Source of the DNA: Eledone cirrhosa
Taxonomy: Eukaryota
Assembly: GCA_964016885.1 (NCBI GenBank)
Contig: OZ024742.1
Coordinates: 92,566,001 to 92,630,000 of the forward strand
Direction of reading: 5' to 3'
DNA: 64,000 nucleotides
Positions 52,801-64,000 of the stretch are shown here, in pieces (position 1 is the first letter of the stretch; the number at the start of each line of letters is the position of its first letter). Both the position numbers and the translations under genes were made by a program. Below the pieces are notes generated by a model that worked only from the letters and a program-made list of their open reading frames with translations, was not told the origin of the DNA and made no database searches.

Positions 52801-55800
52801 TATAAGATTCATATTTTTGGTCTTTTGGTTTTTACAGCTGACAAATTACAAAAAAAATCATTTCAAGATTATCAACTGAAAGATCATTCTAAACCTTGGA
52901 AAAGCAGTAACGATATTGTTTAAAGAGACAAAAAAAACAAGGTAAGAAAAAAAAACAAACAGAAATAACTACCAAAAACATATTCTCTGTGCCTGTATTA
53001 GATACAGATACACATATGCAAATATATACACAGACACACAAAAAGAAAGACACACGCACACACACACACACACAGTTGTAGTACTTAAGTTAATTCATTC
53101 TTCATTGAAATATATTAGAAGATATTTCAATAAGATGCTTGATGAAACCAAGAAATGTCATAAGTGCAACATTTAATCTTTAGGAGTATTATAATGTCTG
53201 TTTTAAATTTAAAAGAGTGTTTCTAAAATTGTGGGTTCCAAGCCTCAGTGCCTCAGGAGACACTAAAGTACTGCATGGAAGATGGACATTAAACGATGAT
53301 GATGAGAATACTAATAAAACCAGTGAGCTTAACTCTTTCAATAACATATTTCTAAGGAAAGACACAGCCTATGACTTTTTAATAAGAATTTGGAAGGATT
53401 TAATAAAATAATTTTGTCATTATCAAGCTAATTAATGTTTGGAACATAAGAAAGATACTTACATAAAATTATAATGGAAGGTATAAAGAAGTAGTTCTGC
53501 TACAAAGGTTTCCAGATATAGTATAACTATTCAAAATAAACAGCTTAATACCACAGAACCATAGATGAATTCAGGCAGTTTAGAATCTATCAAATATTGA
53601 GGACGACAACCTCTTTGGTACCAGGCTACTTGAAAACACCCCTGGTTCTATGAAACAAAGCTGTTAGTTTGAAAGTGTATACATTTATCTAAAAAGCTTC
53701 CATCATAATTTCATGTAAGAGCCTTTGTTAAGTTTTGAGCTAAACATTAGCTTAATAATTAGGAATATGGTAATGAAAGGCTAAAAATCCAACAGCCAGT
53801 TATTGGTACAAACAAAAATGTATCACTTTGGTTCTTTATATAACATTTCTTCTTGTTCCACTAAAACATTTCACTGAAAAATCTTTCTTATCATTAAAAA
53901 CAAAGCTTTACAACATATGATGGAGAAATACATTAAGAAATTAGAAAGATAATGCAGAAGAATTAGTTTAACTTAATTTTAAGAGAAAGAGAAAGAAGGA
54001 ACATGGCTGATTCCAAATCAAACAAAGGTTAACATTTTCTCTATACAAACACATTTCTATCATTAATAGCTTCAAGTTTAAAGAAAAACATTTTAACATC
54101 AGTAAATATCATTCATGATAGATCAAAGCTCTGTCTATCAGTAGATATTACTAAGTTCATAGATGGATTAAATCATTATAATTAAAGAGAGAAAAGAAGA
54201 ACAGCAACACAAACTAGATTAAGATTTGAAGCCACAAGTTCAAATACATGCAATGTAAGGGCTATTGTTGTTTGTAATTTACAATTGTTTTTTGTTGTTG
54301 TTTTTTTTTATTTCTGAAAATGAAATTCTCAGGTTAATCAAATATATCAGAAAAAGTTAATTAGATTAAATTCACATTTAAAGAACAATATACATGAATA
54401 AAAGAATATACCCTTCTACATTGCTATGTATGTATATATGTTTTGAAAATATTTTCTTTTTTAAGCATTTACAAAAATTCCATATAAAATTCTATGTGAT
54501 CACCAAGTAGTGGATACCCTGTATATCTATAAGCTGAGAGAAGGAGAGAGCATAGATAGAGGCAGGGACAGTTTAGAGTAGGGATCAGGAACTTGTGACT
54601 TTGGAACAGCATGAGATTCTTTAGTCTATCTTGAGGGGCCCTTGGAGCACTCTATACATGTAAGAAGCAACTAAAAGAGTTAACACCAGGAAGAGCATCC
54701 AGACAAAATACTGACTGAATAAGGTCCACATGATGTCTATGAAGCATGTTTTGGAACATGTAAGACAAACTTCTCCTTCGACAGGAAAAATGGCCTTAGA
54801 ATACATGCTGGTGTACATATAAAGGCTAGAATAATAGTCTCCATACACAGTTGATAAAAGATCATCAGCAGTATTTGAGGAGATGATCAGTGATTTCTAT
54901 AGGGAAAGTAAAGTTAGCAGTCTAAAGCACCAAGACACATTCTTTATGAGAGAAGAATGTAAAATGTTCTCTTCATAACTTACTGCAGGCTGCATTTTAT
55001 ACAATCTTCTCAATTTATTCACTATAGCTGAAGTATACAACTATCACCAGTTTCTCCTCAAATTATAGTGATTAGGCAATAAAATACCTTAGTTTATTAG
55101 CAAAACATTCCTATTTACTTACATTAATGGGACATCAGCCTCAATTTAACCCTTTTGATAGCAATCTGGCTGCAATCACCTGTGTTTCCATGATACAAAG
55201 CTGCTTATTTAAAGTATTCAAATTTATCTAAAAACCTTCCATCATAATTTTCTGTAAGAACTATTGTTAAATTATGCTTGAAACACCAGATATATAATGA
55301 GAAAGCAAAATCCCCCAAAATTATTGATGATTTACAAAATAAGTTGGCTGGTCTCATATTATGTCAGTCCAGGCCCACCTAATTTACTTGTCTCCTCCTC
55401 ATGTCACTCAAACTGTGACCACCACCCAAACCTTACACCAACTACTATACTCAATTCTGCCTTCCCAGAACAGTTCCCAAGTATTAATTCAAGAAGAACA
55501 TCAACTGCAATGATTTCACCAGCCTCAAAGGACCAGTGAAGAGTATGGGAATGTCCTCTTCCACCAGACAAAAAAAACTTACAAAAAAATAGACATAGCA
55601 ATGTAGAAGGTAGAATCTATTCAAATACTTTGAAGACACATTTACACAACAAAACTTAAGTTCTAATCTAAAATATATAATCACCTATATAAAATTCAAT
55701 ACAATTCTAAAAGAAGACTAAAACATTCATGTGTACATTATAAAGTGATTAGAAGATAAAGAAACCCAACAAGAATTTCTAACATGACTGGAAACACAGC

Positions 55801-56912
55801 AGGTTTTAATGATAATAGTTAAGTTTTAAAATAAGAGATCATTCATGTGTACAAAGTAAATATAGAAATGAAGGACTAATTATTAATAAATACTAACATA
55901 CAGACTAATTAAACTAATTGATATATATATAGTAATATTTTTATAATCTTGACTGGAAATATTTCTTCAACTAATTGAACTTCTCTGGGAGCAAATTTTC
56001 TGGGTTGTTAGATAGAAACACATCAGATGGGATGGGAACGGGCAGGTGGACTTGTTGGCATGGATCTATGGTTTTAAAGGAGGAGGAAGAATTCTTGCTA
56101 CAATTTCTAGTTCTTTTATTCTGTTGTCCATATACAAATCATATGTATTTAGCACCGATTAAAAAGATATTTAATGACCAAGTTAAAATCTGTCTCATAT
56201 CGGGCCTGGGCATAGTACTGTCTTTAATAGGCCACATTTCGACCCTGGCCTGAACATTGCACAGGCTACTGTATAAATCCAAATCACAATCACATGTTTT
56301 GTGTCTTTGTTGAAATAATTACCATATATATGATAGCTATTTCATCAATTGACAATAATCTTTATCATTTTTACATCTGCTTTTCCATACCAGCATGGGG
56401 AGGACAAGTTGTCAAGGACCAAGTCACATTTTAATGTGGCACCAACACTAGAAGTTATGTCCTCAACAGGAGTAAAATTCCTTACTACATCTTTTTCATT
56501 TGTTTACCAACAATTTTATAGGGTGTACTAGGTCTGATAAGTATCAGAGAAGGAAAAGTTTACAGAAGAGATTTCCAATCAAGAACTTACTAAAGAGTAA
56601 AATAAAACAGATGAAATATGATTTGAAAAAATAAATAAAGTAAATTATACTAAATAATTAAAATATTTAACGTGAAGTCTTTAAAAACTAATTTGCACAA
56701 TAAGAAATTAAAATAACATCTACTTTCAACAGTTATTCATAATAATAAGCTATTTATATATTACACACAAAATGCAGACTACTTAGAATTAAAAATTACT
56801 TAAAGATATTCAAAACTAATACTACTACTACTAATAATAATAATAAAAAGAATAATAATAATTTAGAAAAATATGCAAAAAGAAATAGAATGATAAAAAT
56901 AAAACTATTTAC

Positions 56913-57089
56913 CTTGTATTCAAAATTAGAAACTACAAAATAGATGATCTCCACAATACGACTCAGGCGTGAAAGTGGCAGATCGGACCACCAGCTTTTC
57001 AAAACAGCATAGTCTGCATTCTTAAGTACCCAGACAAAACAGATTAGGAGGTTGTGAGAAGCATCAGCATTCAGCATACTTTTTCTGGT
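56913..57089 (-). CDS. DOCK7: DOCK7-like exon: TRKSMLNADASHNLLICFVWVLKNADYAVLKSWWSDLPLSRLSRIVEIIYFVVSNFEYK
   Basis: TTTCAG acceptor, AAG|GTAAAT donor, 177 nt; LLIC..WVLKNAD and FEYK motifs. Confidence 0.96.
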
Positions 57090-58464
57090 CTGAAATATAG
57101 ACAGGGATGGGGAGAGATAAGTAGAGTTAATTGTTGTAAATAGATATTTTTGAGAAGTTATAGGTAGATATATCGATATCAGAGGTGACTCCTGGTACTA
57201 CTGAAGCCAGAGTATGCAAATTTAAAAATCAAAACCATATAATTGAAACAGGGCCTAAATAGCATGCATGTTCTCTCTTCCCAGCTACTTTTCATAAAAA
57301 AACGAAAGATTTATATTAAAATTGGATCTGTTTGCACACACTCTAGACATATGTGCTTATATCACAGCTTTCTGAGACATATTTAAAAGAGCTGAGATGT
57401 TTGACCAAATGTCAGCCTTCTTGTATCACAGCTTTACAAGACATTTAAAAAACAGTTTGTTTTTGGTTGACTCTAAGCCTTTCCTCTTCTAAAATGAGAT
57501 GCTATTTCACCAAAATCCAAGGGCAGGTGCTGGTACTTTAAGCCAAATCATACAAATTTATAAATCAAAACCATATAAATGAAGTAAGTAGAAGTGTATT
57601 TAAAGGCAAATACAATATATGTATGTATAATTAACATACCAAAGTCTCACTATGAATGTTTTAAGTTGTGATCATGTCACAGTTATCTCAGTAGATGCTG
57701 TGACATAACCACAAATTAAAACATTCATAGTGAGACACTTGTGTGTTTATTACACATAAACATATATATGCATTCATATCCACCTCTATCATGAACCACG
57801 CTATGTTAGTGCTACTGCTAATTGAAGTGAGACACACATAGTAGGCTGACCAAGATACTCTCATGGAATGACCAAATGAGGTTTATTTTTCGACATGGTC
57901 ACTAGAAAGAAATAATGCAGTTATTAATAAAAAGAGTTGAAATTAATGCATGCAAAATTTCACAGCACAAGCACCACTTCATTGTCAGCCAACCCTCGTA
58001 TGTAACCTCTTTCCAGCTGTCCCTTATAAAAATGAAACATCTATATTAAAATTAGATTTTTGTGTGGATTTCTGATATGAGGAATTATTTTAAACTGATT
58101 TATTTGAACAAGCATCCTTGTTTTAGTTGTTTCAGACACAATGTCAGATGTGATTCAGTAAACCTATGATTAAAGACATTCCAGCTCTGAACATGTTTTT
58201 TTATCTTTTTTATTTTACATATACATAGTCTATCTCGGACAATATTACTGCATGTGCCATTCCTTTCTTTAAGACAGTTAAGTGTGATTTAAAGGAGTTT
58301 CTTTTATATTTCATGGAAATATAATGATGAACATACAAATGATGATGATGATGACAGACGTGCTGGGGGGAAGGGTGATAGTGGTGATAGTGATGGTGGT
58401 GATGATGGTGACAATGACACTGAAGTGATATAAATTGTAATGACAAAACAATAATTACACTTAC

Positions 58465-58774
58465 TTTTACTTCAGTTTCATGGACATTGTAACTCATATT
58501 GGACACTCTTTCACAAACACTTGACCCTGCTATTGCCATAGCAACATGCTGGCTGATTCGGTCACCTTCTTCATCCAGGTAGGAGTTGCGGGAACGGCTG
58601 TTCATGTTGGGGTCATACAGCTGCGGTAGGGCATCAATAACAATGCCGATTAAGGGCAGATAGAGGGCAGCTAGGCGAGCCTTTATTTCTGGGTTTGCAT
58701 AGCGTGTGTCCAGATCATGGTTGTAGAGGAGGTTACGTACAACATTGATGGCCTTGTAATGGATTGTCGTATTG
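58465..58774 (-). CDS. DOCK7: DOCK7-like exon: [25 protein letters not shown]...[21 protein letters not shown]...[12 protein letters not shown]...HETEVK
   Basis: TTGCAG acceptor, AAA|GTAAGT donor, 310 nt, phase 2 to 0. Confidence 0.95.
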
Positions 58775-58912
58775 CTGCAATACATTATAATACAAAGCAG
58801 AAGCCAGAATAAACAAATAGCTAAATGAATACATAAATAAACCAGAAATCTTTATTGTGAGGCACGTTTTCAAATTTTGGATTTAAACATGTGGCTTCCA
58901 TTTAAAAGACTA

Positions 58913-58914
<2 letters not shown>

Positions 58915-59003
<89 letters not shown>

Positions 59004-59066
59004 AGAAAGAGCGAGCGAGAGCGAGAGAGAGAAAGAGCGAGAGCGAGAAAGAGAGAGAGCGCGCAT

Positions 59067-59110
<44 letters not shown>
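58915..59110. repeat. (GA)n + (TG)n microsatellite
   Basis: Direct inspection. Confidence 0.97.
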
Positions 59111-59113
<3 letters not shown>

Positions 59114-60781
59114 AGAGAGATTAACTGCTACATTGAATGGATTAAGCAACTATTTAAAACAAAGACCCTTGATTGATTCTAAAATACTCACACTCTTGAA
59201 ATTTAAGATTTAAACATGTGGTCCTATTCTAAAAAAGCATAGGAGGGTGTTGCTAAATCGAACAGATTAAGCAACTGTTTAGATGAGATGCCTGCAGTCA
59301 TTTCTGCAATACCCACCCTCCTTAAATTTAGGATATGTAACAAGCTCTACATGACCTTTAATTCAAAATATTATTAGTTTCAAGTATTCAGCACATATGA
59401 CACCAGATTTAGACAAAATTTTTAATTATCAGATTTATAATTTTTCATTTTAAAATTGGATTATTTAAAAATTGCATTAAAATTTTATTATACAATACTG
59501 GAAATCAATTTTTTTTTTCCTTATGTAGATGCAAAATTTTACTGTCTGAAGCTGAGATATTCATTAGGCCAGAGTTTATAACTGGTGTTAAATAACTGAG
59601 AATACAGAACACCAACCCATTGCAGAGTTATCCTTATGTTGCTGCTGGTACTCATTTCTATCAGCTGTATGGAGAGGAGTCACATGAGATAAAGTATCAT
59701 GCTCAAGGACATAACATACCCCACAGTCAAGAAATTGAACTTACAATCATGAGTCCAACACTTTAACCACTAGGCCACAAACTTTCACATTTCACCCCAA
59801 CCCCACCCTATCTACTTCGGAATCACCAATAAAAGTTCACTTGTGTGTCTGTGGTTTGTGAAAACAAGAAACACAATACAAGATAAATCTAATTTAGAAC
59901 CCCTTTTCTATTAAGCCTTTCTTTACCATATTTCTAATGAAAGATACTGCCTATAATTTTCAAATCACTTTGAAAATATTAAAGAATTTGGAAGGATTTA
60001 TTATTAAGCTGGTGTTTGGAGCAGAAGTCAATAAAGGGTCTAACAGAATTATGATAGGTTTTAGATGAATATAAACAATTTACTATTGTAGAACCATAAG
60101 CATTTTCAGGCAGTTAGGTATCAAAAGGTTTAAAGGGAGCAAATTAAAGAGTTTTATAAAAAAAAAGAAAAGTGGTTCAAATAATTGACATGACCACAGG
60201 CAGAGCTGTGTGGTTAAAGAGTTAACTTTGTAACCACATGGTTTCGGGTTCATTCCCAGTGTAGCGAGTGTCTACTACTACAGCCTTGGATTGACCAATA
60301 CCTTCTGAGTGAAATTTAGCAGATGAAAACTGCAGAAGCTCATCTCATAAAGGATATGATCCTCAAGAAACAACCTCACAAAGGAGATGACATAGGACTG
60401 AGCTGGCTGGTGATATGCCATTATATAAACACTAAAGGTAAATGTAGTGAGAGACAAGAGGCTAAAGTGAATGGCAATGAAACAGAGAGATAATATAGGG
60501 TTTGAGGAAACTCTACAGTCTGGACAAACATCTAACAACTCTCGTGCTGATACTATGATAAAATGCACTCAATACACCCTGTTTATGGCCTTTAACAAAA
60601 AAAGAAAAAAAGAGATGGATAAAATAAGTATCAGATTTGAGAAAAAAAAAAACAGAACTACCGGGGTTAATATGATTAACTAAATCCCTTTAAGACAGTA
60701 CCACAGTCTAATAATTGAAACTAGTAAAAGAATAAAAAGATTGTTCTCAAACATTGACAGGTAGTCATAAATAATACTCAC

Positions 60782-61089
60782 TTTGTTTCTAGGGCCGTGG
60801 CTAAATCAGAGAGGACTAAGCCAGCAAGGAAATGCTGCTGCCGAAACTCAGATGTCAGATCAAAGAAAATGCCCTTGTCAGTAAGAGTGTTAGTTGAGGC
60901 ATAAGACATCTGAGAGTTGGTACTAGTGACACTAGGTGATGGACTGCATGGAGCTGATGGAGTAAGTGGTGTCCCAAATGGCAGATTTAATGGGAAATAA
61001 TGCTCATGACTGCAGATGATGTGCAGTAAATCCAGACGCAGCCTCATCAGAATTGTTGCATCCCCTTGGCATAAGATTTGGCCAGAAAT
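60782..61089 (-). CDS. DOCK7: DOCK7-like exon: ISGQILCQGDATILMRLRLDLLHIICSHEHYFPLNLPF...SPSPSVTS...EFRQQHFLAGLVLSDLATALET
   Basis: TTTCAG acceptor, GTGAGT donor, 308 nt, phase 0 to 2; IICSHEHY..LNLP and FRQQH motifs. Confidence 0.96.
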
Positions 61090-62099
61090 CTGAAAATAAA
61101 ATTCCATAAGAATTAATTAAAAAAAAAAAAATGAAACTTTGATACTTTGTGCTTTACATAAGCCATTAGATTAGCTAAAATTATATACACATGAAGATGA
61201 TGAAGGAACGTTATGAGTAAAGGCAGGCTGTGCAGTAAAGGACTCAGCCAACCCATGCAAGCATGGAAAAGTGGACATAATTGAAAATGGTGAGGAATAA
61301 GCTTAAACCAGTAAATTTAAATTGTTCTGAGTATAGCTTAGAGATGGTGGGCTGCTCTGCTTGACTGATTTGCCCTATATATGCTACATAAAGATAAAGT
61401 ACATTGACATTCACATGTATCAATGGACTGACAAGGACAACAAGCATTTTAAGGCCATCTTCCCTGTTAAAACAGGGATTAGTCAGACTCACAATATGAT
61501 GGATTTAATAAATAATTACACCTACTTCCCTCAAAATTATTATCTAGATTTAAAAAAGGAAAAATGAAAAAATCAATTTACATAAGATGAAGAGTCTTTT
61601 TTCTTTAACTTGGCAAAATTGTTAGAGCAAAGGACAAATTCCCTTGTGGTATTTGTTCTGGTTTTCAGTACTCTGAGTTCAAATTCTGCTGAAATCGATT
61701 TTGCCTTTCATCATTTTGAGGTCAATAAAATAAAGGATCAGTCCAGGGTGGTGGATTAGCAGAATTGTTAGAATGTCAGACAAGATGCCTTGTGGTATTT
61801 GTTCTGAATGTTTGCATTCAGAATTCAAATTTTGCTGTAGCATATTTGAGTAGTAGACTCAGCCATGCAGTTTAACACCAACACATGGTTGTTGGGTGAA
61901 TTTAACAGTCTACTCTGATTTAAGAATACCCCCCCCCCTCCCACCATCTATGAAAGCTCTGAAAAGGGTTGTGGGTGCTACCCTTTCCTCCCTGACTAAA
62001 AAAGTAAAAAAAAAAGGAAATAAAAATAAAAATAACGTCTCCCATGCATCGACAGAAAGTAATAACTTTTCTAAAAATATTTCAACTATGGGGTCATTT

Positions 62100-62610
62100 C
62101 TTTTTAGGTTTTGCATATCCTCTAAATTCAGTGCCCATGTTGAAGTACCATGCAGCATTTTCACTATGTATGCAGGCATAACTACACATATCCATTGCTT
62201 ATAGAGAGAATCCCTTCATCGTCAACAAAAGTCGTAGCTCCCTAAACTTTTTTCACGCTAAGCACTGACAGTCTGGACAAGTATCCACTGAGCAACCTAG
62301 TATTGTAATGAGGTAATTCTGGCGCCACAATAAAAAGCATCTGGTCCACCCTGTAAGATGGTAATGGTGCCATGCTAAAAAGCATCCAGTTCACCTTGTA
62401 AGGTGGTTATATTGGTACCATGAGAAAAGCACCCAACCCACTTTGTAAAGTGGTAATGTTAGTGCCATGATAAAAAGCACTCAGTCCTCCCTATAAAATG
62501 GTAGTGTTGGTACCACAGTGAAAAGCATCCAGTCCACCTTTTAAAGTGGTAGTGTTGGTGCCATGAGAAAAGCACCCAATTCACCCTGTAAAGTGGTAGC
62601 ACCAGAGAGA
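62100..62610. mobile_element. RTE remnant (MLHGTSTWAL, minus strand) plus tandem ~45-bp SINE/LINE-UTR units
   Basis: ORF 61910-62179 contains a degenerate MLHGSETW motif; repeated GTGCCATGAGAAAAGCACCCA...TAAAGTGGT. Confidence 0.55.
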
Positions 62611-62879
62611 CAATAAAATTCAGATATTGAATTTTGTGACAAACTCTGAAATGCAATATTACAGTCAGATTGATTACTACCAATGGTTTCAACCCCAAAG
62701 GTGCCTATGTTGGTTTAGTCACACACTCTGCCGACTATGAGGTGGACTCATTCACAATGCAGTCGTGCCATAGCCCCTCATAGATGGCATAAATTGTGAG
62801 GCAGATGGTTGAAAACTTGGATTGACACAATAAAATCGGATCTTTGGCTAATATCTGGTTCTTGAAAAAATGGTCTCAG

Positions 62880-63340
62880 CCACTGGAATCATGATTAGTT
62901 GTGCATCATCTATACTGGATGTCTGTGATTGCAGTATATGGGCATCTTCTGTTTATGATGCCATCAATGCACTTGTTGGAACTGGCATATATGGTGTCCA
63001 CCATTGAAATCGTGAATAACTTACAATATCTAAATCAGATGTATGTGACTGCTGTGTCTGAGTGACATCTGTTTGTGATGCTTTGTCAATGCACTGTTTG
63101 GAGCTGGTTTATATGGAGCCTGCCATTGGAATGATGACTGGTCGACAATATCAGTGTTGTAGGTCTGTGATCACTGTACAAGGGCATCCTCTCTTCATGA
63201 TGCTGTGGATGCACTGGCTAGAGCCAATATAAATGGCATCCACTGTTGGAATCATGAGTGGCTGACAATATATGTATTGGTTGTCTGTGATCACTGTGAG
63301 GGGTGGCTTCTTTTCACGGTGTTGTAGATGCACTGACACA
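62880..63340. repeat. Degenerate tandem repeat, unit about 120 bp, 3-4 copies
   Basis: Recurrent TTGGAATCATGA...ACAATAT...GTCTGTGA...GATGC...ATGCACT. Confidence 0.7.
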
Positions 63341-63441
63341 AGTGCAATTACAAATAAGTTATACTGGTAAATGTTAGAGGAAAACCCCCAAAAGAAATAA
63401 TGTGACAATGTAGAGGTGAGAAAAATAAATGAGATACTCAC

Positions 63442-63555
63442 AGAACGGCAATAGTCATTGATCAAAGAGAATACCACTCCTCGATCCATCAGAGACAGCA
63501 GATCAAACAGGAAAAAGGCTAAACTTGAATTTAATGAACGAATGAGACCTTGGTC
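63442..63555 (-). CDS. DOCK7: DOCK7-like exon: DQGLIRSLNSSLAFFLFDLLSLMDRGVVFSLINDYCRS; upstream exons lie beyond the right edge
   Basis: TTTAG acceptor, GTGAGT donor, 114 nt; LN.SLAFFL.DLLS.MDRG motif. Confidence 0.96.
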
Positions 63556-64000
63556 CTAAAAACATGCAACAACACAAAAATAAGTGTTAACCATTTTATA
63601 TTATATAGCCCATGTGTTTCAATAATCTTTTTAAATAATCAAGATTTGGGAAAGATTTAGTAAAATAAACTTTTTAATTTTTAAGCTAATATTTGGAACA
63701 TTACCTAACAAGCTTGTTATATAAAATTATGTTTGAAGCTTTCAATTTACATATGAACACTTTAAAACGGGGAGCAGTTTTGCATCATAAAACAAGGGGC
63801 AATTCAAGTGCAGTGATATCAAAAGTGTTAACTTTGTATCAATTTAATTTCTTTGTTATATATTTTCTGCTATTTATCAAGTGACCCTCCTGTTCATGTA
63901 CATAAAGACCCAAATAAGAAAACAAAAATCCATAATTTAAATAATATTGAAAAAGAAAACCTTTAACCTTTTCTCTCTGTATTTTACCTTATTCTGTAAT

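Noticed and set aside
54984-54989. 6-nt CCTGCA followed by a GTAAGT donor
   Set aside because: The acceptor lacks a pyrimidine tract
58210-58464. Poly-His extension of the 58210-58785 ORF
   Set aside because: Read-through past the GTAAGT donor into a (CAT/CAC)n microsatellite

Overview
AT-rich, microsatellite- and retroelement-dense animal genomic DNA. The SINE/RTE families and TA-embedded hairpins suggest a coleoid cephalopod, most likely Octopus (inference). The whole window lies inside one minus-strand gene, a DOCK-C family (DOCK6/7/8, DOCK7-like) Rac/Cdc42 GEF. I traced 18 constitutive coding exons with GT-AG boundaries and consistent phases, from the armadillo-repeat region into the DHR2 domain; both ends of the gene lie outside the window. 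The main oddity is the 36.4 kb phase-0 intron (20493-56912) between ...SNFEYK and GKKAM..., which are directly adjacent in vertebrate DOCK7 as I recall it. This intron holds a series of stop-free, frame-preserving candidate cassette exons and microexons (42, 12, 243, 6 and 72 nt). Weaker candidates (30 and 75 nt) and two frame-complementing pairs (7+8 and 16+14 nt) are also present, several with Rbfox/QKI-type motifs nearby. Together they could build a combinatorial, phospho-motif-rich insert upstream of the GEF domain. The introns also carry RTE LINE fragments, a DD37D (maT) transposon relic, hAT and TTAA MITEs, young tRNA-derived SINEs (an inverted pair brackets four exons), long hairpins and degenerate hammerhead-like motifs. 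All splice calls come from sequence inspection only and need RNA-seq.
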